Virus record (IMG/VR): IMGVR_UViG_3300044724_004398
Coordinates: 1 to 28,962 of that record
Reading direction: 5' to 3' (one strand)
Length of the DNA: 28,962 nt
DNA from: a virus
Taxonomy: Duplodnaviria > Caudoviricetes
Under the pieces are notes generated by a model. That model was not told the DNA's origin, made no database searches, and saw only the letters and a program-made list of their open reading frames with translations. The position numbers were made by a program, and so were the translations under genes. Below are positions 27,658 through 28,962 of this stretch, piece by piece (the stretch's first letter is position 1; each line of letters starts with the position of its first letter).

Positions 27658-28255
27658 GGAGGATGTTTGGGATACGGTTGATCCAAAACACTTATGGGTG
27701 TTAGACAAACTCATTCTCTCTAAACATCTTGGATATGTTTGCGGACCAGTAGGTGTCGATGTTCCAAAACCTGACTGGTATATAGTTCGTCCTTGTGTAA
27801 ATGCAAACGGACTTGGTATAGGAACACGTAAGATATGGATTGAAAAAGATACTGATTATCTTCCAAGTGGCCACTTCTGGTGTGAATGGTTTGATGGAAG
27901 ACATCTCTCAGTAGATTATAAATGGGGTCTTACTAAACTCATTATAGAAGGCTTCAAGAATAAAAACACATTTACAAAATGGGACAAGTGGTCTAAGGTA
28001 GATGACTTTGGTGCCTTAGAAAAAATTGTATCCTTTCCAAAAATATTAGATGAATTCATTAGCTGGCCAAACGTAAATGTAGAGTTTATTGGCAGCAAGA
28101 TAATAGAAGTTCATTTCAGAGACAATCCAGATTTCAGATACGATAACAAAGAATTTATTCCAGTGTGGGAAGGTCAAGACACAACCCCACCTGAAGGATA
28201 CCGATATGTTGAATGCAAAGAAATTCATGGAAGGATAGGTGCATTTATCTGTTGA
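27650..28255 (+). CDS. Hypothetical protein, possibly ATP-grasp-like
   Basis: YIVRPCVNANGLG, WCEWFDG, NVEFIGSKIIEVHFR; strong SD GGAGGAG with TTG start. Confidence 0.65.
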   Translation: MDEEDVWDTVDPKHLWVLDKLILSKHLGYVCGPVGVDVPKPDWYIVRPCVNANGLGIGTRKIWIEKDTDYLPSGHFWCEWFDGRHLSVDYKWGLTKLIIEGFKNKNTFTKWDKWSKVDDFGALEKIVSFPKILDEFISWPNVNVEFIGSKIIEVHFRDNPDFRYDNKEFIPVWEGQDTTPPEGYRYVECKEIHGRIGAFIC

Positions 28256-28280
28256 CTTTTTAATAAGTTGGAGTGATAAT
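28252..28280 (+). promoter_or_regulatory. Sigma70-type early promoter
   Basis: TTGACT, 17 nt, GATAAT; SD AAGGAG downstream. Confidence 0.75.
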
Positions 28281-28307
28281 AAGTTATAATATGAGAAGGA
28301 GTAAATT

Positions 28308-28898
28308 ATGAAATTAGTGAGACCTGAAAAAACTATTCTGACAGATGCAGATGGAGTTCTGCTTGATTGGAATTATGCTTTCGAACTCTGGATGTCTGAA
28401 CGTGGTTATTATATGACTGGACCTCGTGATGTCTATGAACGTGAAGTGGCATACGAAATGCCAAGACCTGAGATGAGAAAACTTATCTCACATTTCAATA
28501 GCTCGGCTGCTATTGGTTTCCTACCACCACTTAGAGATGCTATGTACTATGTACGTAAGCTAGCAATCGAACATGGTTATGTGTTCCGTTGTATTACATC
28601 TCTATCATTAGACAAACATGCTTGTCATCTTAGAACTAAGAATCTAAAAATGTTGTTTGGTAAAAGAACATTTGAAGAGTTTGTGTATCTCGATACAGGA
28701 GCTGATAAAGATGAAGCTCTTGCAGAGTACAAAGACTCTGGATGTTTCTGGTTAGAAGATAAGATCCAGAATGCTCAAGCAGGAGCTAAGGCTGGATTGA
28801 ATTCTATTCTAGTTGCTGGTGACTTCAACGTCACTGACGAGTTTCCTCGGTACTGGAAGTGGAAAGATATCTACAACCATATAATTGAAAATAATTAA
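28308..28898 (+). CDS. HAD-superfamily phosphatase/nucleotidase (T4 gp30.2-like)
   Basis: ILTDADGVLLDW, CITS, WLEDK. Confidence 0.85.
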   Translation: MKLVRPEKTILTDADGVLLDWNYAFELWMSERGYYMTGPRDVYEREVAYEMPRPEMRKLISHFNSSAAIGFLPPLRDAMYYVRKLAIEHGYVFRCITSLSLDKHACHLRTKNLKMLFGKRTFEEFVYLDTGADKDEALAEYKDSGCFWLEDKIQNAQAGAKAGLNSILVAGDFNVTDEFPRYWKWKDIYNHIIENN

Positions 28899-28927
28899 AA
28901 AAAGTTGGTTTTTTTCTAATTTAGTTG

Positions 28928-28956
28928 TTGCCTTTTAAACTTTAGTATGGTATATT
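28928..28956 (+). promoter_or_regulatory. Sigma70-type promoter for a gene beyond the window
   Basis: TTGCCT, 17 nt, TATATT with extended -10 TGG. Confidence 0.65.
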
Positions 28957-28962
28957 ATATAT

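Noticed and set aside
28897-28915. A7-GTTGG-T7 possible terminator
   Set aside because: The stem is A-T only; better explained as UP-element tracts of the promoter at 28928.

Overview
AT-rich, gene-dense 29-kb segment of a T4-like (myovirus-type) phage, probably aquatic/marine. Core genes: T4 gp61-type primase, ThyX, a monomeric B12-dependent class II ribonucleotide reductase (NrdJ), T4-type RNase H, PhoH, a PD-(D/E)XK exonuclease and a gp30.2-like HAD phosphatase. The main accessory element is an ~11.5-kb run of 14 overlapping genes (5758-17239) for glycan or small-molecule synthesis and tailoring: GT61, kinase, nucleotidyltransferase, 2OG-Fe(II) oxygenase, radical SAM, PLP enzyme, two paralogous GT-like proteins, two sulfotransferase-like proteins, three more GT-like proteins and a methyltransferase. 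Further sugar-nucleotide genes lie nearby. There are three tRNAs (Arg-UCU, His-GUG, and a Pro-UGG carrying the Arg tRNA's 3' end), a minus-strand block at 21502-24914, six sigma70-type promoters and several T4 late-type (N)ATAAATA boxes. All product calls come from motif recognition by eye; no database searches were run.
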